From assembly GCA_050250895.1 (NCBI GenBank), contig JBFWNU010000001.1, positions 224,001 through 288,000 on the forward strand: a stretch of 64,000 bases of DNA, written 5' to 3'. Source of the DNA: Vulcanimicrobiota bacterium. GTDB lineage: Bacteria; Vulcanimicrobiota; Xenobia; Xenobiales; JADMJV01. A program made the position numbers and the translations under genes. The notes beneath the pieces were generated by a model, which was not told the DNA's origin, did no database searches, and was given only the letters and a program-made list of their open reading frames with translations. Below are positions 37,413 to 47,741 of this stretch, in pieces; position 1 is the first letter of the stretch; the number at the start of each line of letters is the position of its first letter.

Positions 37413-38342
37413 ATGATCGAACGTTCGTCGCCGATGAGATTAATTTCCGATTTTTCGATCAAACAGATAGATTCCGACTTTCTCATTTTCAAGCGTTTTG
37501 GAAAGTGCGTCTGCTCACTAGAGGGCGACACCGCACGACTTTTCCAACTCTACTATGAGGGAAAGACCCGACACCAAGCCGAGTCAGAACTTGGGCTTCC
37601 ATGCCTGCAAGCGGCCGAAGAACAACTGCGCGACCAGGGGTTACTCGCCCCTGACGTGTTACCTAGAATTCCCCAGGACCAGTTGACGAGGATCGAGCTC
37701 GCAAACGAGGTGCTGGTCTATCACCCTGTGCAAGGTACAGCCATGCTCCTCAACCAGACCATCGCCGCGTTGCTACCACAATGCGATGGTGAGACTACCG
37801 TCGAACTTGCCATCGACGCACTGAGCAAGAAATTCGAGATCGCGCCCGATACGGCCGAAGAGCTGCTTTGGGCAAGCCTGAAGGCGATGCGTGACCGGGG
37901 GCTGTTCCTGGCGCCGTTGCACCACGGATTGTCGCGACGGGCGTTTCTGAGCAGGTGGGCGGCTGCCGCCGCCCTGTTCCCGGTGATCGTCTCGGCCGCC
38001 GCTCCGCACGCAGCCGTTGCTGACAGTACGACATGCATCGTCAATGGAGATGCGGGTTGCCAGGCTCTCTTTCCGGGCTCGACCAGAGTCTTCACGACCT
38101 GCTGTCCGTGCACGGCGAATGCGACTCCCCCATGCCCCGGCGATGCAAACTGTCAACGACCCTATTTGAAAGATGGCAACAACTGCCTGGATGACACCCC
38201 CGACACCGGCGGCCTGACGGGCTGCTTTGTCTACATCGACTCCGGCCACCCGTTCGCTAACGCCCAAGATTCGTGCGCGGACGCCCGCAACTCGACTCAA
38301 GCCGACACCTTTGGCGGCTATGCCTGTTGCCGATGTCCGTGA
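37413..38342 (+). CDS. tandem PqqD/RRE domains fused to an RR leader and a Cys-rich C-terminal peptide
   Basis: Two three-strand/three-helix units (second: EVLVY...LLNQTIAALLPQCDGETTV...LKAMRDRGL), then LSRRAFLSRWAAAAALFPVIVS and a 12-Cys tail. Start 37413 or 37434. Confidence 0.82.
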   Translation: MIERSSPMRLISDFSIKQIDSDFLIFKRFGKCVCSLEGDTARLFQLYYEGKTRHQAESELGLPCLQAAEEQLRDQGLLAPDVLPRIPQDQLTRIELANEVLVYHPVQGTAMLLNQTIAALLPQCDGETTVELAIDALSKKFEIAPDTAEELLWASLKAMRDRGLFLAPLHHGLSRRAFLSRWAAAAALFPVIVSAAAPHAAVADSTTCIVNGDAGCQALFPGSTRVFTTCCPCTANATPPCPGDANCQRPYLKDGNNCLDDTPDTGGLTGCFVYIDSGHPFANAQDSCADARNSTQADTFGGYACCRCP

Positions 38343-39028
38343 AGACGCCCACTCCTGGCTCCGGGCGCTTTTCGAAGATTGGCCAGGGCCTCGTCGTTCA
38401 GCCGTTTTCCGACAGTATCGGCATCCTGGCTGATGAACCCTTGCTGGAGTCTATCGTGCAGGCCCTGCCGCCTGGCTGGAAAACACGAGAGACCGGCGAG
38501 TTCCTGGTCCGCATCGAACTGACCCAGGAGGGGGGTTCCTTCGTGATCAGGATCAATACTATCGTCAAGGCCAAAGCAAACAATCTCGCATCCGCACTGG
38601 CCCGGTTCCTCGAGGAGCTTCGCCTCCTGATCGTGCTACTCGAACATCAGCGCTTCTTTGTGAAAGCGCGACTATTGCGTCATCGCGAGGCAGCGGTGGT
38701 GGTGCTTGGTCAATTCGTGGCCGAGGTGGGGCTCAGCGAATGTAGCGCTGTTGCTTTTGATGTCAACGGTCGAGTCACCAGTCTAGAGGCTCCCGGGGAG
38801 CCGATGGAGGTGGTGGCCCTGGCTGAACTCGCTCCCTCGACGAGGGAGCCGTGGGAGAACCTCGGAGCGGCCAGAGCGGCGGCAAGCCTGTTCGAGGCAA
38901 AGCTGACCCCCCTGCGCGAAATCGGCCCCTGGCTTGACGTAATAGGCGACCTCGCCCAGGCTAGTCTGTGCCTTCGGATGCAACCCACGCCAGAGGCTTT
39001 CGAGCTACTCCGGCAAAGATTGGGCTGA
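38333..39028 (+). CDS. degenerate HPr kinase-related protein (Walker A absent)
   Basis: IGI...LPPGWK N-domain and L-E-x-L...FFVKARLL...AVVVLG pattern recall HprK-related proteins, but there is no GxxGxGK(S/T). Overlaps the upstream stop. Confidence 0.55.
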   Translation: MSVKTPTPGSGRFSKIGQGLVVQPFSDSIGILADEPLLESIVQALPPGWKTRETGEFLVRIELTQEGGSFVIRINTIVKAKANNLASALARFLEELRLLIVLLEHQRFFVKARLLRHREAAVVVLGQFVAEVGLSECSAVAFDVNGRVTSLEAPGEPMEVVALAELAPSTREPWENLGAARAAASLFEAKLTPLREIGPWLDVIGDLAQASLCLRMQPTPEAFELLRQRLG

Positions 39029-39085
39029 GTGCATCTCCCCCGAAAGAGGGAGGGAGAGACACATCGAGCATGAGAAGATGAAGGC

Positions 39086-39724
39086 ATGCCCATCCGTGTC
39101 TTGCTGGTCGACGATCACGCCATCGTGCGCGAGGGCCTGCGCATGCTGCTCAAGTTCGACCCTGACCTCGAGGTGGTGGGCGAAGCTTCAGACGGAGCCG
39201 AAGCCATCGAGCAAGCCCGTCAACTGACCCCCGACGTGGTCTTGATGGATCTACTCATGCCTCGGATGGACGGCATCGCCGCCACCGAGGCCATTCGCGA
39301 TGAGTTACCATCGGTGGAAGTGGTGGCCCTCACCAGCGTGCTCGAAGACGCCTCGGTGGTGGGCGCGGTCAAAGCCGGCGCCATCGGCTATCTGCTCAAG
39401 GACACCCGTGGAGACGATTTACGCCAGGCCATCAAAGCAGCCGCCGCCGGCCAGGTGCAACTGTCGCCGGCAGCCGCCAAGCGTCTGATGCGCGAACTCA
39501 AAGCCCCCTCGAGTCACGAGAGCCTGACCCCCCGCGAAGTCGAGGTCTTGCACCACCTGGCTCACGGTCTGTCCAACCGCGAGATCGCCGAACGCCTGGT
39601 GGTCGGCGAAGAAACGGTCAAATCTCACGTCTCGCACGTGCTGGCCAAGCTGGGGGCCCGCACCCGCACTCAGGCGGCCCTATTTGCCTGGCAGAAGGGG
39701 CTGGTGAGCCGCGATGCCTCTTGA
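39086..39724 (+). CDS. NarL/LuxR family response regulator
   Basis: LVDDH, DVVLMD, GYLLK; LTPREVEVL...VKSHVS HTH. Confidence 0.96.
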   Translation: MPIRVLLVDDHAIVREGLRMLLKFDPDLEVVGEASDGAEAIEQARQLTPDVVLMDLLMPRMDGIAATEAIRDELPSVEVVALTSVLEDASVVGAVKAGAIGYLLKDTRGDDLRQAIKAAAAGQVQLSPAAAKRLMRELKAPSSHESLTPREVEVLHHLAHGLSNREIAERLVVGEETVKSHVSHVLAKLGARTRTQAALFAWQKGLVSRDAS

Positions 39725-41174
39725 GCGCGCGCTCCAACTCGGCCCGACCTTCATGGCCGAATTGGCCAAGCTGACGCCAGCGGCCATGCTGTTGTTCGAC
39801 CAGCATCTCGAACCCATCGATTGCAACCCGGCCTTTGTGCGCCTGACCGGCCGCCAGCATGACAGTCAACCCTTCGAGTGCTTTAGCCGCGACGAACTCG
39901 AACGGGTGCGCGAGGCCCTGGAGCGACGCCAGGCCGATGAGCCGATCCGTTGGCCCGGGCGCGTCCAGACCCTGGACGGATACTGGCGCGAAGTCGAGAT
40001 TGTGGTCGTCTTCTTGATGGGCTACAGCCTGATGGTGATGCTCGACGTCACCGACTCGCGCCGGTTGGGGCGCAAACTCGAGGCTCTCAACCGATTCTCG
40101 AGCGCGGTGACGCTGTCCACCGGACTGGAAGCCACCCTGGATCTGCTGGCCGCCCAGGTGGTCGCGGCCACCGATGCGGTGGCGGCGGTGGTGCTGTTGC
40201 TCGACCCTGGCCCGCGAATCGATCGAGTCGGTCGAGCCGGCGTGCCCGGCGAGGTGCTAGAGGCGGCCTTTCAAATGTTCGCTAGCGGCATCAGGGTGCC
40301 CGCCTTCGAAGCCTACGAGACCGGCCAGACGCTGGTGGTGCCACCGCAGCAGCGAGAAGAGTTCTTGGCCGGCACTCGCCTGGGCGAACTGGTCGAGGCC
40401 CAGGGCTGGCAGCACCTGGTCTGCGTTCCCCTTGGCAAAGGGGTCATGAATTGCTTTTTCACCGAGCGCCTGCTGCCAACTCCCGACGACCTCTCGTTTC
40501 TCGAAACGCTGGGCCGATTCGCCACGGTGGCCATCGAGAACGCACGCCTCTTTGCCGAGGCCGAGGAGCGAGCCGTGGCCGAAGAACGCCAGCGGCTGGG
40601 AAGAGAATTGCACGACTCGGTCTCGCAGAGCCTCTACAGCATCGGCCTGGGCGCCCAGGCCGCCCTGGCCGCGCTCGAGGCCGGGTCACCCGACGAGACG
40701 CGCCAGACAATCGACTACATCCTGTCGCTGGCCCGCTCGGGTCTCGACGACATGCGCGCTCTGCTGTTCAAATTGCGACCCGAGGTCCTCGACGACGAAG
40801 GCCTGGTGGTCGCTCTCACCCGCCAGGCCGAATCGCTGCGGGTTCGTTACGGCTTGATTGTCGAGCTTGACCTGGGAGAAGAACCGCCACTTTCTCCCTC
40901 GATTCGACACGCTCTGTATCGCATCGCCAGCGAAGCCCTCCACAATGCCATCAAGCACTCGCGGGCCACCCGACTCAGAGTAAGTCTCAAGCAACGTCAA
41001 CGGCAGGTGGAACTCGAGATCGAAGACAACGGTGAGGGCTTCGTCCCTGAAGGTTGCAACGGAGGCCTGGGATTGACCACCATGCGCGAGCGAGCCGCCG
41101 AAGCCGGAGGGCAACTGCAGGTGCAGTCAGAGCCGGGTCAGGGAGCCCGGTTACTCACCACCATTCCGGTCTGA
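39714..41174 (+). CDS. PAS-GAF sensor histidine kinase (HisKA_3)
   Basis: ERQRLGRELHDSVSQ, EALHNAIKH, DNGEGF, GLGL. Confidence 0.95.
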   Translation: MPLERALQLGPTFMAELAKLTPAAMLLFDQHLEPIDCNPAFVRLTGRQHDSQPFECFSRDELERVREALERRQADEPIRWPGRVQTLDGYWREVEIVVVFLMGYSLMVMLDVTDSRRLGRKLEALNRFSSAVTLSTGLEATLDLLAAQVVAATDAVAAVVLLLDPGPRIDRVGRAGVPGEVLEAAFQMFASGIRVPAFEAYETGQTLVVPPQQREEFLAGTRLGELVEAQGWQHLVCVPLGKGVMNCFFTERLLPTPDDLSFLETLGRFATVAIENARLFAEAEERAVAEERQRLGRELHDSVSQSLYSIGLGAQAALAALEAGSPDETRQTIDYILSLARSGLDDMRALLFKLRPEVLDDEGLVVALTRQAESLRVRYGLIVELDLGEEPPLSPSIRHALYRIASEALHNAIKHSRATRLRVSLKQRQRQVELEIEDNGEGFVPEGCNGGLGLTTMRERAAEAGGQLQVQSEPGQGARLLTTIPV

Positions 41175-41630
41175 GGTTCTGCCTCTAGAGGTTACAGAAT
41201 CCTGCCGGTCTGGGCGTCACGAAGGAGTCGCCGACGATGGTCGTAATATTGTTCACCGCAGTCAGCGGGCCGCCATTTAGCATATCGAAGCGCTCGACAT
41301 CACAGTTAACGAAGCCGAAGTCGATCATGTCGAAGATGCAATTGAGGATGTCAAGGCAAACCCCAGTGCGACGAGCAGTCGAACCAGGTTCTTAAGGTAA
41401 TTCATTCACAACCCTTTCGAGTAAAGTAGACACAGGGGTTATCTTAACAAGCCTACCTTAAGGGTCTGAAAGAGCCTCGGCCATGTGGCCACCATGAATA
41501 GCCACATGGCGGTTTGCGCCTGGGAGGAAGGATTATTGTCCTCATCCCGACAATGAAGAAGCGCGGCCGGAGGACACGACCTCTCAAACAAGTCGCGATA
41601 AACTATCGGGGGAACCTCGTGCATCTCAAA

Positions 41631-42338
41631 ATGAAGCTGAGCCTAGCTTTGCTCTTCCTACTTACTCTTTGCAAACCTTCTGTCGCAAAAGACAAAGACT
41701 ATCTAGAGCTACGAGTTAACGAGCAAGACTCTCATCGCTATATTCGCATCGAGAGCAGCGGGGCGGTGGAATTCACTCGTAGCAACTGGTACGAAGTTCT
41801 GGAATTTCGCAAGGGTCGCATCGATCCTGACCGAGTGGCCAGCTTTCTGTCCACCTTGAGGAAGGCCGGCCTGGAGGGACTGGCCGCCACTTACGCCCCT
41901 CCCAGAGGGGGCCTTCCCAGCGTAGATCCCTCCCAGGCCCGGCTCGAATGGTCACGGGCCGGCCAGAAGAAGGTCATCGTCTACAGCCTGCGCGACTCAC
42001 CTCAGAAGCTTCAAGAGATTCACCAGAAAATTCTCAACTACGTCTACGAGTTTCCTGACGGGGCCCCGCCCGGGGACTATCTCAGAACCTATGAATTGAC
42101 CGACCATTCTTTGCTTGGCGAGAACAAGCCGGTGCACGCAACCGTGGCCCAACTGGCCAAGCACCCAGCCCTGAGAATGTCGATCGAGCAGCCGGGTCGA
42201 CTGGTCAGAGCCGGGCCTCCGGGCCAAACCTGGGAACGCAAGAAGTCGACCATCGAACCAACCGGATTCTTTCTCGAGCTGCAGGATCGAATCCACCGAG
42301 TGCTGGTCCTCGAGTATCGACCAAACAAACCGAAATAG
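41631..42338 (+). CDS. hypothetical secreted protein
   Basis: Signal peptide [19 protein letters not shown]; stop 8 nt before the next gene. Confidence 0.7.
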   Translation: MKLSLALLFLLTLCKPSVAKDKDYLELRVNEQDSHRYIRIESSGAVEFTRSNWYEVLEFRKGRIDPDRVASFLSTLRKAGLEGLAATYAPPRGGLPSVDPSQARLEWSRAGQKKVIVYSLRDSPQKLQEIHQKILNYVYEFPDGAPPGDYLRTYELTDHSLLGENKPVHATVAQLAKHPALRMSIEQPGRLVRAGPPGQTWERKKSTIEPTGFFLELQDRIHRVLVLEYRPNKPK

Positions 42339-42346
42339 GGGGAAAC

Positions 42347-45193
42347 GTGAAACAAAACATATGGATTTTGCCAATCCTGCTTGGGTTGCTGGCGCTGCCA
42401 GGCTGGGCGGGAGACGGCAACATCGACAACGGAAAACTCAACCTGACCGTCTTCTTCAACTACGACGAGCAGGACAAAGCCTCTTGGGAACAGCTCTTCA
42501 AAGATGCCAACCCGGTGATGTTCAAGGCCACCGACGGGCGCCTGACCTTCGGTGAGATACGCTTCACCGACTGCCCTGGCGCTCGCGCCAAGGCCGACAT
42601 CATCATCAACGATGGCGCCGGACGCGCCTTCGCCGACGGGGGAATCCCCGGCCTGGGAACCAACGGGCGCTTCATTCAGCTCTACAAGAACTCGAACAAG
42701 AACGAGCCGAAGACTCTGGTCCACGAACTTGGCCACTACGCCTTCGGCTGCTACGACGAATACAAAGGCCGTCGCTGGGCCTGGGCCGGAATGCCGCCCG
42801 CCTGGCAAACCGAGACCACCGGAGGTTCGGTGTGGTTCGACGGCACCGGCGACCCTGCCACCAACCCCTGGTTTTGCGCCACTCAGGCCGAAGCCAACGG
42901 CACGACCTCGTGCATCATGGACTTCGCCAACGGTTGGAAGCCGGGTCGCATGAACTTCTGTCTCGACGGCGCTCACGCCGATCACCATGTGACCAGCCGC
43001 GTGTCGGGCTCCAAGCGCTATATCACCGACCAGCAACAGGTCAACGGCCATGCCTGCTGGAACGAGGTGGCCGCGGCCGTGGGCGGAAACGTTCCCGCCT
43101 CACCTCCTAACAACACCAGCGCGGTCAACGCCAACCCGACCTTCAAGACGGTGGACGGCGACGCCTACAACATCTGTATCGACCGCTCCGGCAGTATGTC
43201 CGGCGACCGCATCGTCAAAGCCCGTCTGGGCGGCACCACCGTGGTCGACCTGGCTCGCACCATGATGGGCATGATGCCTGGCGACAACCTGGGCGTCACT
43301 TCCTTTAGCTCAGGCGCCTCGACCAACTTTGCGGTGACCGAGATGACGGCCGCCACCCAGGCCGCTGCCAAAGCCGCCATCGGAACGATCAATGCTAGTG
43401 GCGGAACCGACATCGGAGCCGGTGTGCGCCAGGCCCTGGCCGACTTGATGACGGCCCAGACCAACAACGGCGAAGAGTTCTGCTCTCGCACCGTCTTTCT
43501 GCTCTCGGACGGTCAGGATAGCACCAACGTGGCCGCGCTGGTGGCCGACATCCAGGCGGCCAAGGCCACCGTCCACGCCATTGCTATCGGCTCGGGCGCC
43601 GACTCGGCCAAACTCTCGGCCATCGCCACCGGTTCCGGCGGCAACTTCTTCTTTCTGCCCCGCCAGCAAGAAGAGGTCTCGGCCCGCGGCGTGTTCTTTC
43701 GCGTAGGCGAAGAAGCTCTGCCGGGCATCATGGCCACCCTCTTCAACGAGGCGCGGGGTGGCAGCCAGGTGGCCGGTATCGACGGCCAGGCTATCGCCGG
43801 TCAATCGACCCAACACACCTTGACCGTCGACGGCTTCGTCGAGCGGGCTACCTTCTTGCTGGTGTCGGCTAACGAAGCCGATCCGCTGAGCCTGGCCCTG
43901 ACCGACCCCAACGGCAATAACATCGACCTCAACGCACCCCCAGCGGGCGTCACCGTCTCGATCCAACAGGGCGCCGTGATTGTCGACGTCGTCAATCCCG
44001 CCGGTGGCGACTGGATCGCCACCGTCGATGCCACGGCCACGGCCGCCGACCAAAACTATGACCTGCGCTTGCTGGCGATTTCGCCCGGTCTCATCGTGAC
44101 CGCCCAGGTCGACAGCGCCGCCGTCACCTTCCCGGCACCCATTCTGGTTACCGCCCGGGTTTCGGCCGGCCAGGCCCTGACCAACATCACCCATACCGTC
44201 GAGGTCTCTGACCCGTCCGGCAATATCACCAATATCACCCTGAGTGACGACGGCGACCTGTCCAATGGTGACCTGGTAGCCAACGACGGTATCTACTCAG
44301 GCTATTTCAAAGACTACACCGACAACGGAACCTATACATTCACCATCACCTACGACGGCTCGAACGCCCAGTATGCCACCGGCATCCTGCCCGCCGAGCC
44401 GGGTGGAGACCCATTCAACACCGGCAGCGTGCCCAGTTTCACCCGAGTAGCCTCGGTGGCCACCCTGGTCGACCTGGTCCCCGGCGGAGGCGGCACGGCT
44501 CTGCTGCCTCCCGCCAACGTCCGCCAAACGACCGACGACTCCGACTCGATCACCATTACCTGGGATGACACCAGCGGCGGGACGGCCTCCTTCAAGATCC
44601 AGCGCAGCTCGGACGGAGTGAACTTCCAGACCATCGACACCGTGGGTCCGGGCACGACCACCTACACCGACAACAGCCCCGGCGCAGGCAACTTCTTCTA
44701 CCAGGTCGTGGCTAACGTCACCGGCGTGGGCGACTCGCCGCCGTCCGAAGTGACCCAGGTCAACTTTGAAGACCTGGAGATGGCTCTGCAAGCCTTCCTC
44801 ACCGGGGGCGGCCAGACCGGCGGTGGAGTGAGCGGTTCGAGCGGTGGCACCAACCTCGACGACTTCTCTGGTTCGTCGTTCGGTTGCTTCATCGCCACCG
44901 CTGCTTACGGCTCGTACCTCAATCCCCATGTGGCCGCCCTGCGGGACTTCCGCGACGACTATCTCTTGACCAACCGCCCCGGCCGGGCCGTGGTCGACTT
45001 CTACTATCGCAACTCGCCGCCCATCGCCGAGAGGATCAGCCAATCGCCGATGCTGATGGGCCTGACCCGATTGGCACTCACCCCCATCGTCTACTCGGTG
45101 GAATACCCGCTGTTGCTCGTGTTGGCCCTCGGCTTCGTGCCCGCCTGCTGGCTATATCGACGCCGCCGACGCCTGGCACTTGCCAGACAGTAG
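42347..45193 (+). CDS. CLCA-like zinc metalloprotease + vWA + beta/choice-of-anchor X-like + FnIII + CFI-box-CTERM surface protein
   Basis: [26 protein letters not shown] and LLSDG (MIDAS), [13 protein letters not shown], Fn[28 protein letters not shown] + TM + RRRRR. Confidence 0.88.
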   Translation: MKQNIWILPILLGLLALPGWAGDGNIDNGKLNLTVFFNYDEQDKASWEQLFKDANPVMFKATDGRLTFGEIRFTDCPGARAKADIIINDGAGRAFADGGIPGLGTNGRFIQLYKNSNKNEPKTLVHELGHYAFGCYDEYKGRRWAWAGMPPAWQTETTGGSVWFDGTGDPATNPWFCATQAEANGTTSCIMDFANGWKPGRMNFCLDGAHADHHVTSRVSGSKRYITDQQQVNGHACWNEVAAAVGGNVPASPPNNTSAVNANPTFKTVDGDAYNICIDRSGSMSGDRIVKARLGGTTVVDLARTMMGMMPGDNLGVTSFSSGASTNFAVTEMTAATQAAAKAAIGTINASGGTDIGAGVRQALADLMTAQTNNGEEFCSRTVFLLSDGQDSTNVAALVADIQAAKATVHAIAIGSGADSAKLSAIATGSGGNFFFLPRQQEEVSARGVFFRVGEEALPGIMATLFNEARGGSQVAGIDGQAIAGQSTQHTLTVDGFVERATFLLVSANEADPLSLALTDPNGNNIDLNAPPAGVTVSIQQGAVIVDVVNPAGGDWIATVDATATAADQNYDLRLLAISPGLIVTAQVDSAAVTFPAPILVTARVSAGQALTNITHTVEVSDPSGNITNITLSDDGDLSNGDLVANDGIYSGYFKDYTDNGTYTFTITYDGSNAQYATGILPAEPGGDPFNTGSVPSFTRVASVATLVDLVPGGGGTALLPPANVRQTTDDSDSITITWDDTSGGTASFKIQRSSDGVNFQTIDTVGPGTTTYTDNSPGAGNFFYQVVANVTGVGDSPPSEVTQVNFEDLEMALQAFLTGGGQTGGGVSGSSGGTNLDDFSGSSFGCFIATAAYGSYLNPHVAALRDFRDDYLLTNRPGRAVVDFYYRNSPPIAERISQSPMLMGLTRLALTPIVYSVEYPLLLVLALGFVPACWLYRRRRRLALARQ

Positions 45194-45229
45194 TCGTCAG
45201 ACGGTAGTCGTCAGACGGTAGTCGTCAGA
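45184..45229 (+). repeat. 14-bp tandem repeat, about 3.3 copies (CAGACRGTAGTCGT)
   Basis: cagacagtagtcgt cagacggtagtcgt cagacggtagtcgt caga; the first copy contains the stop codon. Confidence 0.92.
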
Positions 45230-45260
45230 GCCGCCCGCGAACGCGGGCGGCTCTTTCCTT
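45227..45260 (+). terminator. intrinsic terminator
   Basis: AGAGCCGCCCGCG-aa-CGCGGGCGGCTCT followed by TTCCTT. Confidence 0.85.
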
Positions 45261-45486
45261 CTGGGCCCCGGAGGGCGGGCTGGGTGGGCCCGCTGGCAAC
45301 GGGGTGTGCCGAGTGGCCGGGCTAGGCCCGGCCGCCGCGGGTCGGCGCGATTCGGCTCAAGACGCCGCCGGCCAGGTGGTGCCGGATTCGGCACGTGGTA
45401 GCGCCGTCCTCGGGCGAGGTTGCTCTTCCGTGCGGAAGTGGCCCGGGCGGCGCCGGCCGCCGCGGGTTAGCCCGGCTGCGGGCCGG

Positions 45487-47685
45487 CTAGCGGGTGAGGA
45501 TACCGAGCAGGCCTACCGGCTTGCCCGCGTAGATGTGCTCGAGAAACTCGGTGGGAAGGCCTTTGGTGAAGTGGGCGCCCTGGCTGCCGAAGCCGCCGGC
45601 GTCGAGCCTGGTTCCTAGCATCGTCAAAGTCCGGCGCAGCTGGGCCAGTTCGGCTTGAGTGACGGGAGTGAGGTTGTCGTCCCAGGCCTGAGGAGCGGCA
45701 CTGCCGTCAACGCCCAGCCGATCGAGCCCCGAGCCGAACTCTCTACCCGCGATGGCGCGGGCTTGTTCGAGGCCTGAGGCAGTATAATCGCGGTGGGCTT
45801 TCTCTTTCTCGATGGGATAGTATTTCTCGCGGGCGGCCTGGCGCTCTTTGGCATAGATGCCAGGGCGCTGCTTCTCGGCCTCGGCCCAGCCCTGCGATTC
45901 CATCAGGCCGCGCCCGCCCGGGAAGGCAGCCAGCAGACCCAACAGGGGACTATTCTCGATACGTCGATCGATCTCGCTGCGGATGCGCTTGGAGGCCTCG
46001 GCCCGAAAACGCTTGTCGAACTCCTTGCCGAAGCGCTTGTCGAACTCGCCATCGAAGCGTTGGTCAAACTCCTGATCGATGCGCTTGCTGACTTCCTGGC
46101 GCAACTCGCCGTCGAGCTGACGCACGTTGTTCCCGACATCGCCGCGGTCCCAAACACCGTCTTTGCCCGCTAGCTTGCGCAGGGTGCCAAGAGCGGTCTT
46201 GACTTCTTGCCTCTCGCCAGAGTTGAGTGGTAGCGCCTTAGAGGCGGCCTGATAGAGGCCGGGCTCCTGGCCGGCGACACCGACCAGACCCAGTGGCTTT
46301 TCTTGTTGGATAGCCTTGAGGAAATCGACCGACAGCCCTTTGGCGAAGGTGCCTTTGGGCAGCCCCAGCTGGCCGCTTTGCTTCTGCAGACCGGTGAGCA
46401 CATCTTTGAGTTCGGTCATCTCCTTCTCGCTCACCTGGGGCAAGCGCTGGCCCAGGGCGCGTCGGCGCGAGGCGGGGTCGAGGGTCTGGCTGGGCTGCAT
46501 GCCCATCTGGCGAAAGCCGTCGTTGAGGTCGAACAGTGCTCGTTGCTGACCCGTGCGCACGGCCTCGTCGCCATACTGCTTGTGCGCTCCCTCGCGCTGG
46601 GACTCAGCCCCCAGACCGTAGAGGCCGCGGACCACCGGTTTGAGCAGGGGCAGGTTCCTCGACACCCAGCTCTGGTCGGCCTGGCGGCCCACTTCCTGGT
46701 CGAAGCGGCGGTCGATCTCACGATGAGCCCCCTTCTCGATGGCCCCTCGCAGTTGGACCAGGTTGTTGGCCCGGTCGCGGGTATCCCAGACACGGTCTTC
46801 CCCAGCCAACTTTTCGAGGGTCTTGATGGCCCCCGGTAGTCGCTTCTTGAGGTCGCGGGTGAGGGGCAGCGCCTGCTCGCCCTGCTTGAGAATGCGCAGG
46901 CGGTCCGCCATGGGCAACCGGGAGAGGTCCTGGGGTTGGGCGATGGGTGCGGGCTTTTGTCCGTCGGGGCCCTGGGCTTTGACGGCGGAACCCCAGCCCT
47001 GTTTGTCGCCGGGTAACGGATTGGCCAGACCGTTGAGGGCATCTCGGGTGGCCCCCTCCACCCGGCCGTTGGGCTCGAGGCCCTGTTTGGTTTGGAAGGC
47101 CTTGACGGCGGCCTCGGTGTTGCGTCCGAAGGCGCCGTCGACCTTGAGCTTCGAGCCCCCAAAGTCGTTGAGCATCTGCTGCAGATTGGCGACGTGCTCA
47201 CCCAGCCCCGGCTTGTCTTTCATGCCCGTGCGCAAGGCGGCCTCAGGCAGGTCTAGTCGGTGTTCGGGGGAAAGGCCCCGATTGAGCCGGTCGAGGGTGC
47301 GAGAACCTACCTGGCCGTTAGGCCGAATCCCGTTTTCGTGCTGAAACTCGGCCACCGCCCTCTCGGTGCGCGGGCCGAACTTGCCATCCACCTCGAGCCC
47401 GGCCTCGGCGCGTTGGTTGAGCAATTGCTGCAGACGACGAACCCTGGTTTCGTCCTGATCGCCCTGCTTGAGGTTGCGATGCGGAAGGTCTAGTTGCCGC
47501 TTCTTGTTTTCGGCCGGCTGGTTGGCCCAGGACAGGTCCAGGCCGCTGGTCGATTTTTCGCGGCTGCGGCTCTCGTCTGAAAAGGCCACCCGATCGCTCT
47601 TGGCGCTCGGCTTTTTCTTGGGCCGAGGAGCCAGCGTGGCTGGGGTATGATTGACAGCGGCGGCGGCCTGACTGGTGACCTGCAT
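45487..47685 (-). CDS. protein with two peptidoglycan-binding (PG_binding_1) domains and a duplicated unknown helical domain
   Basis: VRRLQQLLN..VDGKFGPRTERAVAEFQ..G and VANLQQMLN..VDGAFGRNTEAAVKAFQ; internal duplication in the C-terminal two thirds. Confidence 0.85.
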   Translation of the reverse strand: MQVTSQAAAAVNHTPATLAPRPKKKPSAKSDRVAFSDESRSREKSTSGLDLSWANQPAENKKRQLDLPHRNLKQGDQDETRVRRLQQLLNQRAEAGLEVDGKFGPRTERAVAEFQHENGIRPNGQVGSRTLDRLNRGLSPEHRLDLPEAALRTGMKDKPGLGEHVANLQQMLNDFGGSKLKVDGAFGRNTEAAVKAFQTKQGLEPNGRVEGATRDALNGLANPLPGDKQGWGSAVKAQGPDGQKPAPIAQPQDLSRLPMADRLRILKQGEQALPLTRDLKKRLPGAIKTLEKLAGEDRVWDTRDRANNLVQLRGAIEKGAHREIDRRFDQEVGRQADQSWVSRNLPLLKPVVRGLYGLGAESQREGAHKQYGDEAVRTGQQRALFDLNDGFRQMGMQPSQTLDPASRRRALGQRLPQVSEKEMTELKDVLTGLQKQSGQLGLPKGTFAKGLSVDFLKAIQQEKPLGLVGVAGQEPGLYQAASKALPLNSGERQEVKTALGTLRKLAGKDGVWDRGDVGNNVRQLDGELRQEVSKRIDQEFDQRFDGEFDKRFGKEFDKRFRAEASKRIRSEIDRRIENSPLLGLLAAFPGGRGLMESQGWAEAEKQRPGIYAKERQAAREKYYPIEKEKAHRDYTASGLEQARAIAGREFGSGLDRLGVDGSAAPQAWDDNLTPVTQAELAQLRRTLTMLGTRLDAGGFGSQGAHFTKGLPTEFLEHIYAGKPVGLLGILTR

Positions 47686-47741
47686 GCTCTCAGAATAGCA
47701 CCCGCTTCTTGAACGGACTTTGTAATGGCCGGTCGGGTTTG

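Noticed and set aside
37413-38342. PQQ biosynthesis or lasso peptide cluster
   Set aside because: No pqqB/C/E, lasso cyclase or B2 protease nearby; the PqqD-like domain is fused to its own leader and cargo.
45184-45229. CRISPR array
   Set aside because: 14-bp units abut with no spacers; no cas genes.
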